Origin: Toensbergia leucococca
Lineage: Eukaryota
Length of the DNA stretch: 64,000 nucleotides
Direction: 5' to 3'
NCBI GenBank assembly: GCA_022813965.1
Contig: JALDZS010000033.1
Coordinates: 1-64,000, forward strand
In this document: positions 63,478 through 64,000 of the stretch, in pieces
Numbering within the stretch: position 1 is the first letter of the stretch
Layout of the letters: every line of letters begins with the position of its first letter
The notes under the pieces: model-generated
Told to the model about the DNA's origin: nothing
What the model saw: only the letters and a program-made list of their open reading frames with translations
The model's database searches: none
Made by a program: the position numbers and the translations under genes

Positions 63478-64000
63478 TCACATAGCAGAGCCCAAAGCAC
63501 CCACCGCAGCACATATCGCCATCAACCAATCGACCCCTTTCGCCCTTCCTACCCCGCCATTCACGGTCAAAGTCACTGGCCCAGCCCCCTGAGTAGCATA
63601 TATGTCCCCTCCTGAATTGGCCACCTCGGTCTCCACAGTCCCACTCCCCTGCCTGGCAGCCACAGACGTCGTCGTAGGACTCGGTTCCACGTTCCCACTG
63701 CTACCTCCACCTGCGCTGTTCGATCCCGCCCCAGCCCCAGCCCCGGCACCATAATCCACCAACCCCTTGCAAAAGTCTCTTCGCGGGCAACATGCAACAT
63801 CCCCTGCATCATCAAAGGCGCAATTCTGGGTATCGGTGCAGCACCAGCTTGGTTCGCCAATGGTATCGCAGGATAGGGTAGAAGGGGGGCAGGAGGGGGG
63901 GATGGCAGGGGAGAAGGGGACGGTGGATGGGGCGGGGCTTGTTGGTTGCGGGGATGGGGGTGGTTGTTGGGAGGAGACTGGGCCCGGGGGAGGGTTGTCG
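63478..64000 (-). CDS. 3' part of a probable GPI-anchored Cys-rich cell-surface protein (5' end outside the window)
   Basis: SCPPSTLSCDTIGEPSWCCTDTQNCAFDDAGDVACCPRRDFC, a Gly/Ser/Thr-rich linker, an NGG omega-like site and a hydrophobic tail WLMAICAAVGALGSAM*. Confidence 0.7.
   Translation of the reverse strand, partial: DNPPPGPVSSQQPPPSPQPTSPAPSTVPFSPAIPPSCPPSTLSCDTIGEPSWCCTDTQNCAFDDAGDVACCPRRDFCKGLVDYGAGAGAGAGSNSAGGGSSGNVEPSPTTTSVAARQGSGTVETEVANSGGDIYATQGAGPVTLTVNGGVGRAKGVDWLMAICAAVGALGSAM

Overview
Gene-dense, intron-containing genomic DNA of a filamentous ascomycete (Pezizomycotina; short GT-AG introns with CTRAY branch points; a lichen-forming lineage is a guess, not demonstrable). About 27 protein-coding genes can be reconstructed, mostly housekeeping: RIB3, a SidL-like GNAT acyltransferase, a DHA2-type MFS efflux pump, DSC3, a SNF2 helicase, an SGNH/GDSL esterase, a Rox1/Rfg1-like HMG-box factor, a cyclin-like protein, a DUF6536-like membrane protein, UTP5, an Rds1-like ferritin-fold protein, BDF1, RVB1, NRK1, xanthine dehydrogenase (HxA type), RSM7, a Usp-domain protein, a Dal5-family permease, a DnaJ protein, the RIB2 deaminase, an NTF2/SnoaL-like protein and a partial GPI-anchored protein. 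Accessory patches (14.7-19.3 kb, 28.6-30.3 kb, 40.1-44.5 kb) hold orphan ORFs, a frameshifted RING relic and a 164-bp TA-flanked hairpin. I found no tRNA, rRNA, CRISPR array, intact transposase or secondary-metabolite backbone gene. The most striking unexplained signals are three. (1) Recurrent islands where the + strand flips abruptly from C/A-rich to G/T-rich, independent of gene orientation. (2) An NTF2-like gene with two in-frame splice donors that toggle a 34-aa segment containing 11 Trp, plus an optional mitochondrial-type presequence. (3) A promoter-associated 9-mer TACGGAGTA seen five times. All gene models are read by eye and lack transcript support.
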